In this document: piece by piece, positions 49,477-59,427 of the stretch
Position numbering within the stretch: the stretch's first letter is position 1
Layout: every line of letters begins with the position of its first letter
Translations under genes and position numbers: made by a program
The notes under the pieces: model-generated
The model's database searches: none
The model's input: the letters and a program-made list of their open reading frames with translations, nothing else
What the model was told of the DNA's origin: nothing
Origin: an uncultured Aquiluna sp.
GTDB lineage: Bacteria; Actinomycetota; Actinomycetes; Actinomycetales; Microbacteriaceae
DNA length: 64,000 nt
NCBI GenBank assembly: GCA_964388525.1
Contig: CAYMAU010000002.1
Location: 17,034-81,033, forward strand
Direction of reading: 5' to 3'

Positions 49477-50595
49477 TTACGCAGCATCTCCGGTCTTCAT
49501 GGCCTGGCTCTTTGCCTTCGAAGCGTCTAGATCTGCAGCATCATCTCCGGAGCGGGTTGCCTTCAAGATGAAGAAGGCCACAACGAAGGAAACAGCTGCT
49601 GACAACGCAATGCCCAAAAGCACGCCGAAGTGGTTACCCGGAGGGGTCATCGCCATGTAGGCGAAAATCGATCCTGGCGATGGGGTGGCGACAAGGCCAA
49701 CTCCAGTAGCCGCGAAAGTAGCAACACCAGTTGCACCACCGGCAATCGCTGCAAGAACAACGATTGGCTTAAGTAGTACGTATGGGAAGTAAATTTCGTG
49801 GATTCCACCAAGGAAGTGGATAACGATTGCACCCGGAGCTGAACCGCGAAGAATCTTCGGTCCTGCCAACCAGAATGCAACTAGTAGGCCAAGTCCTGGG
49901 CCTGGGTTTGACTCAAGCATGAACATGATTGACTTGCCCGTTTCTTCAGCTTCGACCGCTCCAATTGGAGCCAGAACACCGAAGTTGATGGCGTTGTTCA
50001 AGAACAAGATCTTTGCTGGCTCAATCAAGATTGAAGCCAAGGGCAAGAAGCCTGTATCAACTAGAACCTTCACACCGTTTCCGAGAACATCGGAGAACGC
50101 GTTAACGGTTGGTCCGATTCCAAGGAATCCAAGGATTGCCATAAGCATTCCGGTGATTCCTAGTGAGAAGTTACCAATCAACATCTCGAATCCGGTTGGG
50201 GTTACTGGGTCTAGCACAGCATCAATCTTCTTCAATACCCATGCAGCCAATGGACCAATAAGCATGGCGCCAAGGAACATAGGAATCGTAGTTCCAACAA
50301 TCACACCAACGGTTGCAACAGCACCGATAACGGCACCACGCTGACCGTGGACCAAACGTCCACCGGTATAACCGATGAGGATTGGCAATAGGTTGATGAT
50401 CATTGGGCCAACCATTGAACTTAGCTCTTCATTTGGGAGCCAGCCGGTTGGGATAAACAGTGCAGTCAGCAAGCCCCAGGCGATAAATGCGCCAATGTTT
50501 GGGATTACCATGCCGGCGAGGTTGCCACCGACTTTTTGAACGAACGACTTCCAGCCTGTGTGAGTGCCGTCACCCGCGGGGATGAAATTAGCCAT
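49477..50595 (-). CDS. mtlA: PTS mannitol-specific EIIC permease
   Basis: 372 aa. Long collinear similarity to remembered E. coli MtlA IIC: PNIGAFIAWGLLTALFIPTGWLPNE, LLPILIGYTGG, EPAKILFLNNAINFG, ESNPGPGLG. Confidence 0.92.
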   Translation of the reverse strand: MANFIPAGDGTHTGWKSFVQKVGGNLAGMVIPNIGAFIAWGLLTALFIPTGWLPNEELSSMVGPMIINLLPILIGYTGGRLVHGQRGAVIGAVATVGVIVGTTIPMFLGAMLIGPLAAWVLKKIDAVLDPVTPTGFEMLIGNFSLGITGMLMAILGFLGIGPTVNAFSDVLGNGVKVLVDTGFLPLASILIEPAKILFLNNAINFGVLAPIGAVEAEETGKSIMFMLESNPGPGLGLLVAFWLAGPKILRGSAPGAIVIHFLGGIHEIYFPYVLLKPIVVLAAIAGGATGVATFAATGVGLVATPSPGSIFAYMAMTPPGNHFGVLLGIALSAAVSFVVAFFILKATRSGDDAADLDASKAKSQAMKTGDAA

Positions 50596-50715
50596 GGGTA
50601 CTACCTTCCTAATAAGGGATTGTTTTTATCAAATAGAGTCCGGTCAACTGTTTGCTTGCAGGCACGCAGCTGGCTTTTCTCCGTCCATTTCCACTCGCTT
50701 CTCTGCCAGTGAAAT

Positions 50716-51480
50716 TTATTGTTGGGCCAGAGCAATCTGGACCCCGCTTCCCGCAAGCGCATCCGTGAACGAAGCGTCAACATCGACGTTTGTCACTATG
50801 CGGTCAAAACCTGAAAAAGCAGAAAACTTAGCCGGGTAGGTCGAGCCAAACTTACTGCTGTCGACCAAGAGGATTCGCTCCCGCGAGTTAGCCATCATCG
50901 TCTTTTTCACTAAGGCCTCATCGGTATCAAATGCCGTGGCCCCTGCTTCTAGAGAAAAACCGTTTGCACCAATGAAGCTCACCGAAGCATTTAGCTCGCG
51001 CAAGTCCTCGCAGGTCTTAGCGCCCACGGCGCTCAAAGTGGCGGGCCTAATTTTGCCACCCAGCAAATAAGTCTGCGTGGTCGAATCAGCGATCTTGCCG
51101 GCCAAGGTCAGGTTGTTGGTTACGACCAACAGACCGGGCTTGTTTCGAAGGTAAACAGCCAGGCACTCAGTAGTAGTGCCACCATCGACGAAGATGCAAC
51201 CCTCATCAGGGATAAAGGAAGCCGCAACATCGGCAACGAGGCGCTTTTGATTTGGATTCTGTCCATAGCGCTCGGGGATTGTGAACTCGTGAGCAAATCT
51301 TTCAAGCGAAATTGCTCCGCCGTGCACTCGACGCAAAACACCTCTGCGCTGAAGAACATCTAAGTCTCTTCTAACGGTCTCCACTGCGACATCTAAGCTC
51401 GAGGCGGCTACGTTTGCGTCAACACGGCCATCTACTCGAGCCCACTCGCTCAGCTGTAGCCTTCGCTCTTCTGCCAACAT
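50716..51480 (-). CDS. DeoR-family transcriptional regulator (probable mannitol operon repressor)
   Basis: 254 aa. N-terminal HTH (ASSLDVAVETVRRDLDVLQRRGVLRRVHGGA) and a C-terminal DeoR sugar-binding domain. Heads the mtl gene string. Confidence 0.88.
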   Translation of the reverse strand: MLAEERRLQLSEWARVDGRVDANVAASSLDVAVETVRRDLDVLQRRGVLRRVHGGAISLERFAHEFTIPERYGQNPNQKRLVADVAASFIPDEGCIFVDGGTTTECLAVYLRNKPGLLVVTNNLTLAGKIADSTTQTYLLGGKIRPATLSAVGAKTCEDLRELNASVSFIGANGFSLEAGATAFDTDEALVKKTMMANSRERILLVDSSKFGSTYPAKFSAFSGFDRIVTNVDVDASFTDALAGSGVQIALAQQ

Positions 51481-51593
51481 CTTTGTAGTCTCCGAAATTG
51501 TCTGGTTTCCGTGTTATCAGATAAATTAGCAGTCTTTTCTCAGCTAAGTAGATAGAAACGGGCAGAAAACCACAATAAAAAATAACAATTCGG

Positions 51594-52340
51594 TCACGTA
51601 CTGAGTCGCACCCGCTCATCCTGAACTAGTCGCCACCAAAGATAAAAAGCCACCAGGGCGAAAAAGGCCCACTCGATTGCATAAAAAGCGGTCAACCAAT
51701 TGACCTCTATTTCTTGAGCTCTAATGTCGATCGATATGCTCTCGACCGGAAGATCTATGCCGTCGCTGAGTATCAGGTAAACCGGAAAGCTAACTACCTG
51801 TTCGGGACTGTAGAGATTCACGAGTTGCGCGAGCGAAACCGAACCAAGGAAATCTTTAGATTCAGTTTCTTTGACTGCCTCGTTTGGCTCAACGAAGCCG
51901 GTGATGTTGTAATTCGAACTGTCCAGTTCGCTCTGTGCCATGCGAAGTTCCGTGACGTCCTGCGAGTAGCCTAGGGCAACTGTGAGGCTGACTAACTGGT
52001 CACCAATCTCGACAAAAGAGTTGGTTATGAGCCAATAACCTGGCACTAAATCATCGCCAACCAGCTGAAGGCGGTCCTGCACAATAAACGAGTTTTCTGG
52101 ATCTAGAGTGACGTTCACAGTTGCAAGACGATCGTAGGCTCCAGGAGTAACGCCCTCGAGTCCAGCAAGTTCATCTAGTGAAACAGGTGCTAGCTCCTGC
52201 TCGCTGACGCCGACATAGCTGAATGTTCGCTGCAACTGCCACTGCATTAACAACGAGAAAGAGATTGCCACCAATGCGGCTATCGCTAGCCCCCCGAGCC
52301 ATTTGGGCTTGCGAGCAATCGAGAAGAAACTGGGTTTCAT
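51594..52340 (-). CDS. SURF1-like membrane protein
   Basis: 248 aa with N- and C-terminal TM helices flanking an external domain. N-terminal LLMQWQLQR and C-terminal YAIEWAFFALVAF resemble SURF1 signatures. The start abuts the guaB3 stop (TAAATG). Confidence 0.55.
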   Translation of the reverse strand: MKPSFFSIARKPKWLGGLAIAALVAISFSLLMQWQLQRTFSYVGVSEQELAPVSLDELAGLEGVTPGAYDRLATVNVTLDPENSFIVQDRLQLVGDDLVPGYWLITNSFVEIGDQLVSLTVALGYSQDVTELRMAQSELDSSNYNITGFVEPNEAVKETESKDFLGSVSLAQLVNLYSPEQVVSFPVYLILSDGIDLPVESISIDIRAQEIEVNWLTAFYAIEWAFFALVAFYLWWRLVQDERVRLST

Positions 52341-53456
52341 TTAGATGTATGAATTCGCAACTACATCGACGCGCTGGAATTCTTTGACGTCTGAATAGCC
52401 GGTGGTGGCCATTGAGCGACGTAATGCTCCTATTAGGTTTGCGGTACCGTCTGCGGAGCTCGTGGGGCCCATCAAAATTTGCTCAAGTGGAGCATGTGAG
52501 CCAACCCACACTCGCTGACCTCTTGGAAGCGAGGGATTTACAGCCTCTGGACCCCAGTGCCACCCGTGCCCCGGTGCTTCGGCGGCTCTTGCAAGAACGG
52601 TGCCCAACATCACGGCATCCGCTCCACAAGCAATAGCTTTAACCATGTCGCCGGATGTGCCAAGGCCACCGTCAGCAATTACGTGAACGTAGCGACCACC
52701 GGATTCATCCATGTAGTCACGACGGGCCGCAGCCACGTCAGCAACGGCAGTAGCCATCGGGGCATGAATGCCTAAAACTTTTCTGGTAGCGCTAGCTGCT
52801 CCGCCGCCGAAGCCAACCAAGACTCCGGCTGCACCAGTGCGCATAAGGTGCAATGCGGCCGTGTAGGTGGCAGCTCCGCCCACAATCACAGGAACATCCA
52901 GTTGGTAAATGAATTCTTTAAGATTTAGCGGTTCTGTGCCTTGCGACACGTGCTCCGCAGAAACGGTATTTCCACGAATGACAAACATATCGACTCCGGA
53001 TTTCAAAACAATCTCGGAAAACTCTGCTGTTCGCTGAGGAGAAAGTGCTCCAGCAAGCCTGACACCGGCGGCCCGAATTTCTCCAAGACGAGCCTTGATG
53101 AGTTCGGCCTGGATTGGTTGAGAGTAGACGCGTTGCAAAACTGCCGTGGCGTCCTCGTCCTTGGCGTTCGCGATTTCAGCTAACTGCTGGGTTGGATCCT
53201 CGTACCTAGTCCAGAGACCTTCCAAATCCAGAACACCGAGTCCGCCAAGCTTCCCGAGCGCAATCACGGTAGCGGGGCTCATTGCTGAATCGGTCGGTGC
53301 AGCGATTACGGGCATATCGAACTGGAAAGCGTCAATGCTCCAACTGGTTGAAACATCGCCTGGGTCGCGAGTCCTTCGGGTTGGCACAATTGCAATGTCA
53401 TCGAATGCGTAGCCGTTTATTGCTCTCTTCGATCTGCCAATTTCTACTTCAGTCAT
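52341..53456 (-). CDS. guaB3: GuaB3-type IMP dehydrogenase family protein (no CBS domains)
   Basis: 371 aa IMPDH-like TIM barrel lacking the CBS insert. Directly downstream of guaB, as in mycobacteria (Rv3411c/Rv3410c). Confidence 0.85.
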   Translation of the reverse strand: MTEVEIGRSKRAINGYAFDDIAIVPTRRTRDPGDVSTSWSIDAFQFDMPVIAAPTDSAMSPATVIALGKLGGLGVLDLEGLWTRYEDPTQQLAEIANAKDEDATAVLQRVYSQPIQAELIKARLGEIRAAGVRLAGALSPQRTAEFSEIVLKSGVDMFVIRGNTVSAEHVSQGTEPLNLKEFIYQLDVPVIVGGAATYTAALHLMRTGAAGVLVGFGGGAASATRKVLGIHAPMATAVADVAAARRDYMDESGGRYVHVIADGGLGTSGDMVKAIACGADAVMLGTVLARAAEAPGHGWHWGPEAVNPSLPRGQRVWVGSHAPLEQILMGPTSSADGTANLIGALRRSMATTGYSDVKEFQRVDVVANSYI

Positions 53457-53471
53457 TTTTTTATTGCCTGC

Positions 53472-55052
<1,581 letters not shown>

Positions 55053-55167
55053 TTATTACGAAGAGGTCACGGCGGCAACTGTGTATTGTTATCAATTGGT
55101 ATTGTGTTGCAATACCCCTTTTAGGGTCAACTGTGAGCAATGCGGCTCACCAAGATATGGAGGATCG

Positions 55168-56469
55168 GTGAATTTCCTCTTCGTGGGCAATCCAAAACGT
55201 TTCCTGAAGCTCGTAGTAGTCGTGTTTACCGCTCTCATAATTGGCCTTGGCCTTCTGGTGTCACCGGCCCAAGCCGACAGCGTCGGAGAAGAGTTTGACC
55301 ACGCCGTGCTCGGAAACGTCAAGATTAAAGGCGAACCAATTGGTGGGGTCCGAATTGTGGTCGAAGGGCCTTCCTATACCGCTGAGGCTCTGACCAGCGA
55401 TGACGGAAGCTGGCTAATTGGGGTTCCGACTAAGGACACCTACAAAGTCACCCTCGACCAAGAAACACTTCCTGCAGGCATTGCTGTCTTGGAAGGTGGA
55501 GCCTCACAAGATGTCGACCTTGGACTTTCCGACCGCGTCGTGAAAAACTTTTTTATTGGTCAAGGTGAGCGCAATGAAGTTTCGTTCTTTGACCAATTCG
55601 TTGCGCGGCTTATTTACGGGATCAACTTCGGACTCATGCTCGGGCTTGCCTCGGTAGGTCTGTCTCTAGTATTCGGAACAACAGGTCTTTCTAACTTTGC
55701 TCATGGAGAGATGGTCACCTTCGGAGCTGTCGCTGCCCTAATTCTCGGTGTGGTTCTAGAAGTACCAATTTGGGTCGCGATTCCCGCGGCGGTGATCATT
55801 TCCGCCGGGTTCGGGTGGTCGATGGATGCCGGGTTGTGGAAACCCCTTCGAAAAAAGGGCCTGGGCATTGTTCAGTTGATGATCATTTCCATCGGCCTAT
55901 CGCTGACTCTTCGGTACATAATTCAGTTCTTCATCGGTGGTGGAACCGAACAGCTTCCAGGCTTTGATTCACCGAAGATTACTCTCTTTGGATCCGTTGC
56001 ACTGAGCGTCAATGACCTCTACTCGATGGGCATTTCCATCGTTGCGATTCTTGCATTTGCCTTCTGGCTACTTAGAACCAACACTGGGAAAGCTACGCGC
56101 GCAATCTCGGACAACCCGGACCTGGCCGCGGCCTCTGGTATCGACGTGGATAAAGTAGTGCGAATTGTTTGGATCGTATCGGCTGCACTAGCGGGACTCT
56201 CGGGCGTGCTCTGGGCATATTTCCGACCAGGCATCAAATGGGACATGGGAACGCAGATCCTCCTCCTTATCTTCGCCGCAGTTACCCTCGGCGGTCTCGG
56301 GACCGCATTCGGTGCACTGATTGGTGCGCTCGTTGTGGGAATTCTGGTCGAGACATCTAGCTTGTTCATCCCTTCAGATCTGAAATATGTAGGCGCGCTG
56401 GTCGTGCTAATTGGAGTACTACTCTTTAGGCCACAGGGCCTTATGGGACGAAGACAGAGAGTCGGATAG
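55168..56469 (+). CDS. livH: Branched-chain amino acid ABC transporter permease (LivH type) with an N-terminal signal peptide and extracytoplasmic beta-sandwich-like extension
   Basis: GTG 55168 follows AGGAGGA. The canonical LivH core starts near 55585 (FFDQFVARLIYGINFGLMLGLASVGLSLVFGTTGLSNFAHGEM). The preceding 139 aa are a signal-like segment ending AQA plus GNVKIKGEPIGGVRIVVEG...DDGSWLIGVPTKDTYKV. Confidence 0.85.
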   Translation: MNFLFVGNPKRFLKLVVVVFTALIIGLGLLVSPAQADSVGEEFDHAVLGNVKIKGEPIGGVRIVVEGPSYTAEALTSDDGSWLIGVPTKDTYKVTLDQETLPAGIAVLEGGASQDVDLGLSDRVVKNFFIGQGERNEVSFFDQFVARLIYGINFGLMLGLASVGLSLVFGTTGLSNFAHGEMVTFGAVAALILGVVLEVPIWVAIPAAVIISAGFGWSMDAGLWKPLRKKGLGIVQLMIISIGLSLTLRYIIQFFIGGGTEQLPGFDSPKITLFGSVALSVNDLYSMGISIVAILAFAFWLLRTNTGKATRAISDNPDLAAASGIDVDKVVRIVWIVSAALAGLSGVLWAYFRPGIKWDMGTQILLLIFAAVTLGGLGTAFGALIGALVVGILVETSSLFIPSDLKYVGALVVLIGVLLFRPQGLMGRRQRVG

Positions 56470-56479
56470 GAGGTAGCTC

Positions 56480-57463
56480 ATGGACTGGGGAACGATTATA
56501 AATAACACCTTGGCAGGGCTGCTAACGCCCACCACAATTGCGTTCGCACTTGCAGCACTCGGCTTGGCAATGCACTTTGGATTTGCCGGTCTGCTGAACT
56601 TCGGTATCGCAGGATTCATGGCCATCGGTGCCTACGGGTATGCGATCTCGGTTCTAACTTTTGGTTTCCCTTGGTGGGGCGGAATGATCGTCGGCATCAT
56701 CGGATCTATTTTGTTTGCGATTCTGCTGGGAGTTCCGACGCTGAGGCTTCGTGGAGACTACCTAGCAATTGTGACCATTGCGGCCGCTGAAATTGTGAGG
56801 CTGTTGTTCCTAACCACAGCATTCACCGATGTCACAGGAAGCGCCGACGGTCTCTTTGGCTACAACAACTCGGGCGGGTTCACCAGTGCGAACCCATTCC
56901 CTCCTGGATCCTACGGTTGGGGACCCTGGACCTACAACTCAGAGACTCTTTGGGTTCTTACCTTTGGACTTGGAGTCCTAGCTGTTTGTGTTTGGTTCCT
57001 GTGGGCTCTCATGCGATCTCCCTGGGGAAGAGTCATCAAGGGCATCCGCGAGGACGAGGAGGCCATAAGGGCTCTCGGTAAAAACGTCTTCGCCTACAAA
57101 CTTCAGGCACTTATCATCGGTGGAATATTCGGTGGAATGGGTGGAATTATTTACGCCGCATTCGCCAACGTTTCTCCGGGTGTCTACGTGACCTCAATCA
57201 CCTTCTTCATCTGGACATCACTGCTACTCGGAGGCGCCGCAACTATTTGGGGTCCAGTTATCGGTGCAGTTATCTTCTGGACGCTGCAGGCCTTCTTATC
57301 AAACATCTTGCCGGAGCTAGCGCTAGCTGGAATCTTGCCAGTGTCCGGCACTCAAGCGGCAACACTAAGATTCGTGCTGGTAGGTATCGGGTTGATGTTG
57401 CTTGTGATTTACAGGCCTCAGGGTATTTTCGGAGACAAGAGGGAGCTGACCTTTGTCAAATAG
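56480..57463 (+). CDS. livM: Branched-chain amino acid ABC transporter permease (LivM type)
   Basis: 327 aa polytopic protein with LRLRGDYLAIVTIAAAEIVR, typical of LivM. GGAGG SD. Confidence 0.88.
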   Translation: MDWGTIINNTLAGLLTPTTIAFALAALGLAMHFGFAGLLNFGIAGFMAIGAYGYAISVLTFGFPWWGGMIVGIIGSILFAILLGVPTLRLRGDYLAIVTIAAAEIVRLLFLTTAFTDVTGSADGLFGYNNSGGFTSANPFPPGSYGWGPWTYNSETLWVLTFGLGVLAVCVWFLWALMRSPWGRVIKGIREDEEAIRALGKNVFAYKLQALIIGGIFGGMGGIIYAAFANVSPGVYVTSITFFIWTSLLLGGAATIWGPVIGAVIFWTLQAFLSNILPELALAGILPVSGTQAATLRFVLVGIGLMLLVIYRPQGIFGDKRELTFVK

Positions 57464-58346
57464 CGACTCACCACAAAAATCAACCGATCTACACATCGGA
57501 GAAGCCGCACCAGGCTGCAAGAAAACTGATCCAATGCTCATTATTGACCATGTCAAAAAGAGCTTCGGTGGCTTGACAGCAGTGGACGTCAAGCACCTAG
57601 AGATTCCGAAGAACGCCATCACGGCGCTTATCGGGCCAAATGGTGCGGGCAAGACAACACTGTTTAATCTGCTAACTGGCTTTGATACACCTGACACCGG
57701 CGAGTGGGAGTTCCTTGGGACCTCGCTATCGGGAGTCCCGAGCTACAAGGTTGCTCAAATGGGTCAAGTTAGAACCTTCCAGCTAACCAAAGCCCTCAGC
57801 CTGCTGACGGTGCTGGACAACATGAAGCTTGGCGCCAAGAATCAAGTCGGCGAAAGCATATTCCGCGCGCTGTTTCCAGGTTCTTGGAGAAAACAGGATG
57901 CTGAGATTGAAGTCAAGGCAATTGAACTACTGAAGCGGTTCAAGCTTGACACCAAGCAGGCGGACTTCGCGGCTTCTCTATCGGGTGGTCAGCGCAAACT
58001 TCTAGAAATGGCGAGGGCATTGATGACCGACCCTGTGTTGGTAATGCTCGATGAGCCAATGGCCGGTGTGAACCCTGCTTTGACCCAGTCTTTGCTTGGC
58101 CATGTGCTGGACCTGAAAAAAGAAGGTATGACTGTGTTGTTTGTTGAGCACGACATGCACATGGTTCGACACATTGCCGACTGGGTCGTCGTAATGGCCG
58201 AAGGCAAGGTCGTGGCCGAGGGCCCACCCGAAACGGTCATGAACGAACAGGCAGTAATCGATGCCTACCTAGGTGCCCATCAGGACACTGATCTTGGTGT
58301 TGTCACCGGAAGAATTAGCATCATCGACCAGGAGAAAGACAAATGA
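57453..58346 (+). CDS. livG: Branched-chain amino acid ABC transporter ATP-binding protein (LivG type)
   Basis: 297 aa. Walker A GPNGAGKTT, signature LSGGQRKLLEMARA, Walker B VMLDEP. An alternative start lies at 57534 (MLIIDHVKK). Confidence 0.9.
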   Translation: MSNSDSPQKSTDLHIGEAAPGCKKTDPMLIIDHVKKSFGGLTAVDVKHLEIPKNAITALIGPNGAGKTTLFNLLTGFDTPDTGEWEFLGTSLSGVPSYKVAQMGQVRTFQLTKALSLLTVLDNMKLGAKNQVGESIFRALFPGSWRKQDAEIEVKAIELLKRFKLDTKQADFAASLSGGQRKLLEMARALMTDPVLVMLDEPMAGVNPALTQSLLGHVLDLKKEGMTVLFVEHDMHMVRHIADWVVVMAEGKVVAEGPPETVMNEQAVIDAYLGAHQDTDLGVVTGRISIIDQEKDK

Positions 58347-59062
58347 CCCGAGTTGTAGATGTCAAGAACCTCACCGCCGGCTACTTACCCGGAGTGAACA
58401 TCCTGAATGAGGCAAACCTCTACGCCGACAAAGGTGAACTAATCGGAATCATCGGACCCAACGGAGCGGGTAAATCAACCCTTCTGAAATCAATCTTCGG
58501 ACTCGTTAAGGTTCGTGAAGGATCAATAACGCTAAACGGTGAAGACATCGTGGGTCAAAAGCCAAACCAGCTTGTAGCGAAGGGTGTGGGTTACATCCCC
58601 CAAAACAACAATGTCTTTCCTTCGCTCACCATTGAAGAGAATCTGCAAATGGGTGTTTTCCAAGATCCAAAAAGCTACGACAAGCGTCTTGAATTCGTAG
58701 TCTCTATTTTTGACGAGCTCGGCAAGCGCCTAAAGCAGCGCGCCGGCTCACTATCCGGCGGAGAACGTCAAATGGTTGCCATGGGCAGGGCACTAATGAT
58801 GGAGCCAAGCGTTCTATTGCTTGACGAGCCTTCTGCTGGCCTTAGCCCCGTGCGACAGGATGAGGCCTTCCTTCGAGTCTCAGAGATCAACAAGGCGGGC
58901 GTGACCTGCATCATGGTTGAACAGAACGCTCGCCGTTGCCTTCAAATCGCCGACCGAGGTTACGTTCTAGATCAGGGCACCGATGCCGTAACAGGCACCG
59001 GTAGAGAGCTCCTGAACGACCCACAGGTCGTCGGTCTCTACCTAGGAACTCTTGGCACCTAA
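58343..59062 (+). CDS. livF: Branched-chain amino acid ABC transporter ATP-binding protein (LivF type)
   Basis: 239 aa. Walker A GPNGAGKST, signature LSGGERQMVAMGRA, Walker B LLLDEP. 4-nt overlap with livG. Confidence 0.9.
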   Translation: MTRVVDVKNLTAGYLPGVNILNEANLYADKGELIGIIGPNGAGKSTLLKSIFGLVKVREGSITLNGEDIVGQKPNQLVAKGVGYIPQNNNVFPSLTIEENLQMGVFQDPKSYDKRLEFVVSIFDELGKRLKQRAGSLSGGERQMVAMGRALMMEPSVLLLDEPSAGLSPVRQDEAFLRVSEINKAGVTCIMVEQNARRCLQIADRGYVLDQGTDAVTGTGRELLNDPQVVGLYLGTLGT

Positions 59063-59099
59063 AAAGAACCGTCCTCCAGGCTTTTTCGTCGCAATAGGT

Positions 59100-59210
59100 A
59101 TGGCGATTGGTGTGGGTTTTGGCGTAGCGATCGACAACATTGGTCTAGGCATTGCCCTTGGGGTTGCCATCGGAGCAGCGTTAGAAGTGACCTTACGCAG
59201 GTCCAAGTAG
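59100..59210 (+). CDS. Candidate small glycine-zipper membrane peptide (36 aa from the ATG; up to 52 aa if TTG 59052 is used)
   Basis: Unlisted short ORF MAIGVGFGVAIDNIGLGIALGVAIGAALEVTLRRSK. It lies between the livF stop and the first strong terminator (59238). There is no clear SD and it is below the ORF-track length cut-off. Confidence 0.3.
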   Translation: MAIGVGFGVAIDNIGLGIALGVAIGAALEVTLRRSK

Positions 59211-59237
59211 AGTTACCAACCCCGTTCAGTTGGAGCA

Positions 59238-59276
59238 AAGTAACCCCTCGGCCACGCTGAGGGGTTACTTCTTTAT
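59238..59276 (+). terminator. Intrinsic terminator of the liv operon transcript
   Basis: 12-bp stem aagtaacccctc/gaggggttactt with a 9-nt loop, followed by ctttat. Confidence 0.7.
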
Positions 59277-59373
59277 GCGCTTTCAGCCACAAGCGGCTCT
59301 TGACATGGTTCCAGACTAAAGTGCCTGACACCCAGTCGTTGGATTTCAGTCAAGGCTAAAACGCTTGGTTAAG

Positions 59374-59411
59374 AGAGAACCCCCTCGGGCCCAAGCCCGA
59401 GGGGGTTCTCT
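59374..59411 (-). terminator. Hairpin terminator downstream of the LivJ-like gene
   Basis: 16-17 bp GC-rich stem gagaaccccctcgggc/gcccgagggggttctc with a 4-nt loop, starting 17 nt after the stop at 59428. The trailing U-tract is weak. Confidence 0.6.
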
Positions 59412-59427
59412 TGATTGAAACTAGTTA

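Noticed and set aside
59059-59331. 90-aa - strand ORF spanning the livF end and the inter-terminator region
   Set aside because: It runs straight through the 59238-59270 terminator hairpin, is antisense to the candidate mini-ORF, has no SD, and has a Trp/Cys/Arg-rich composition unlike real genes here.
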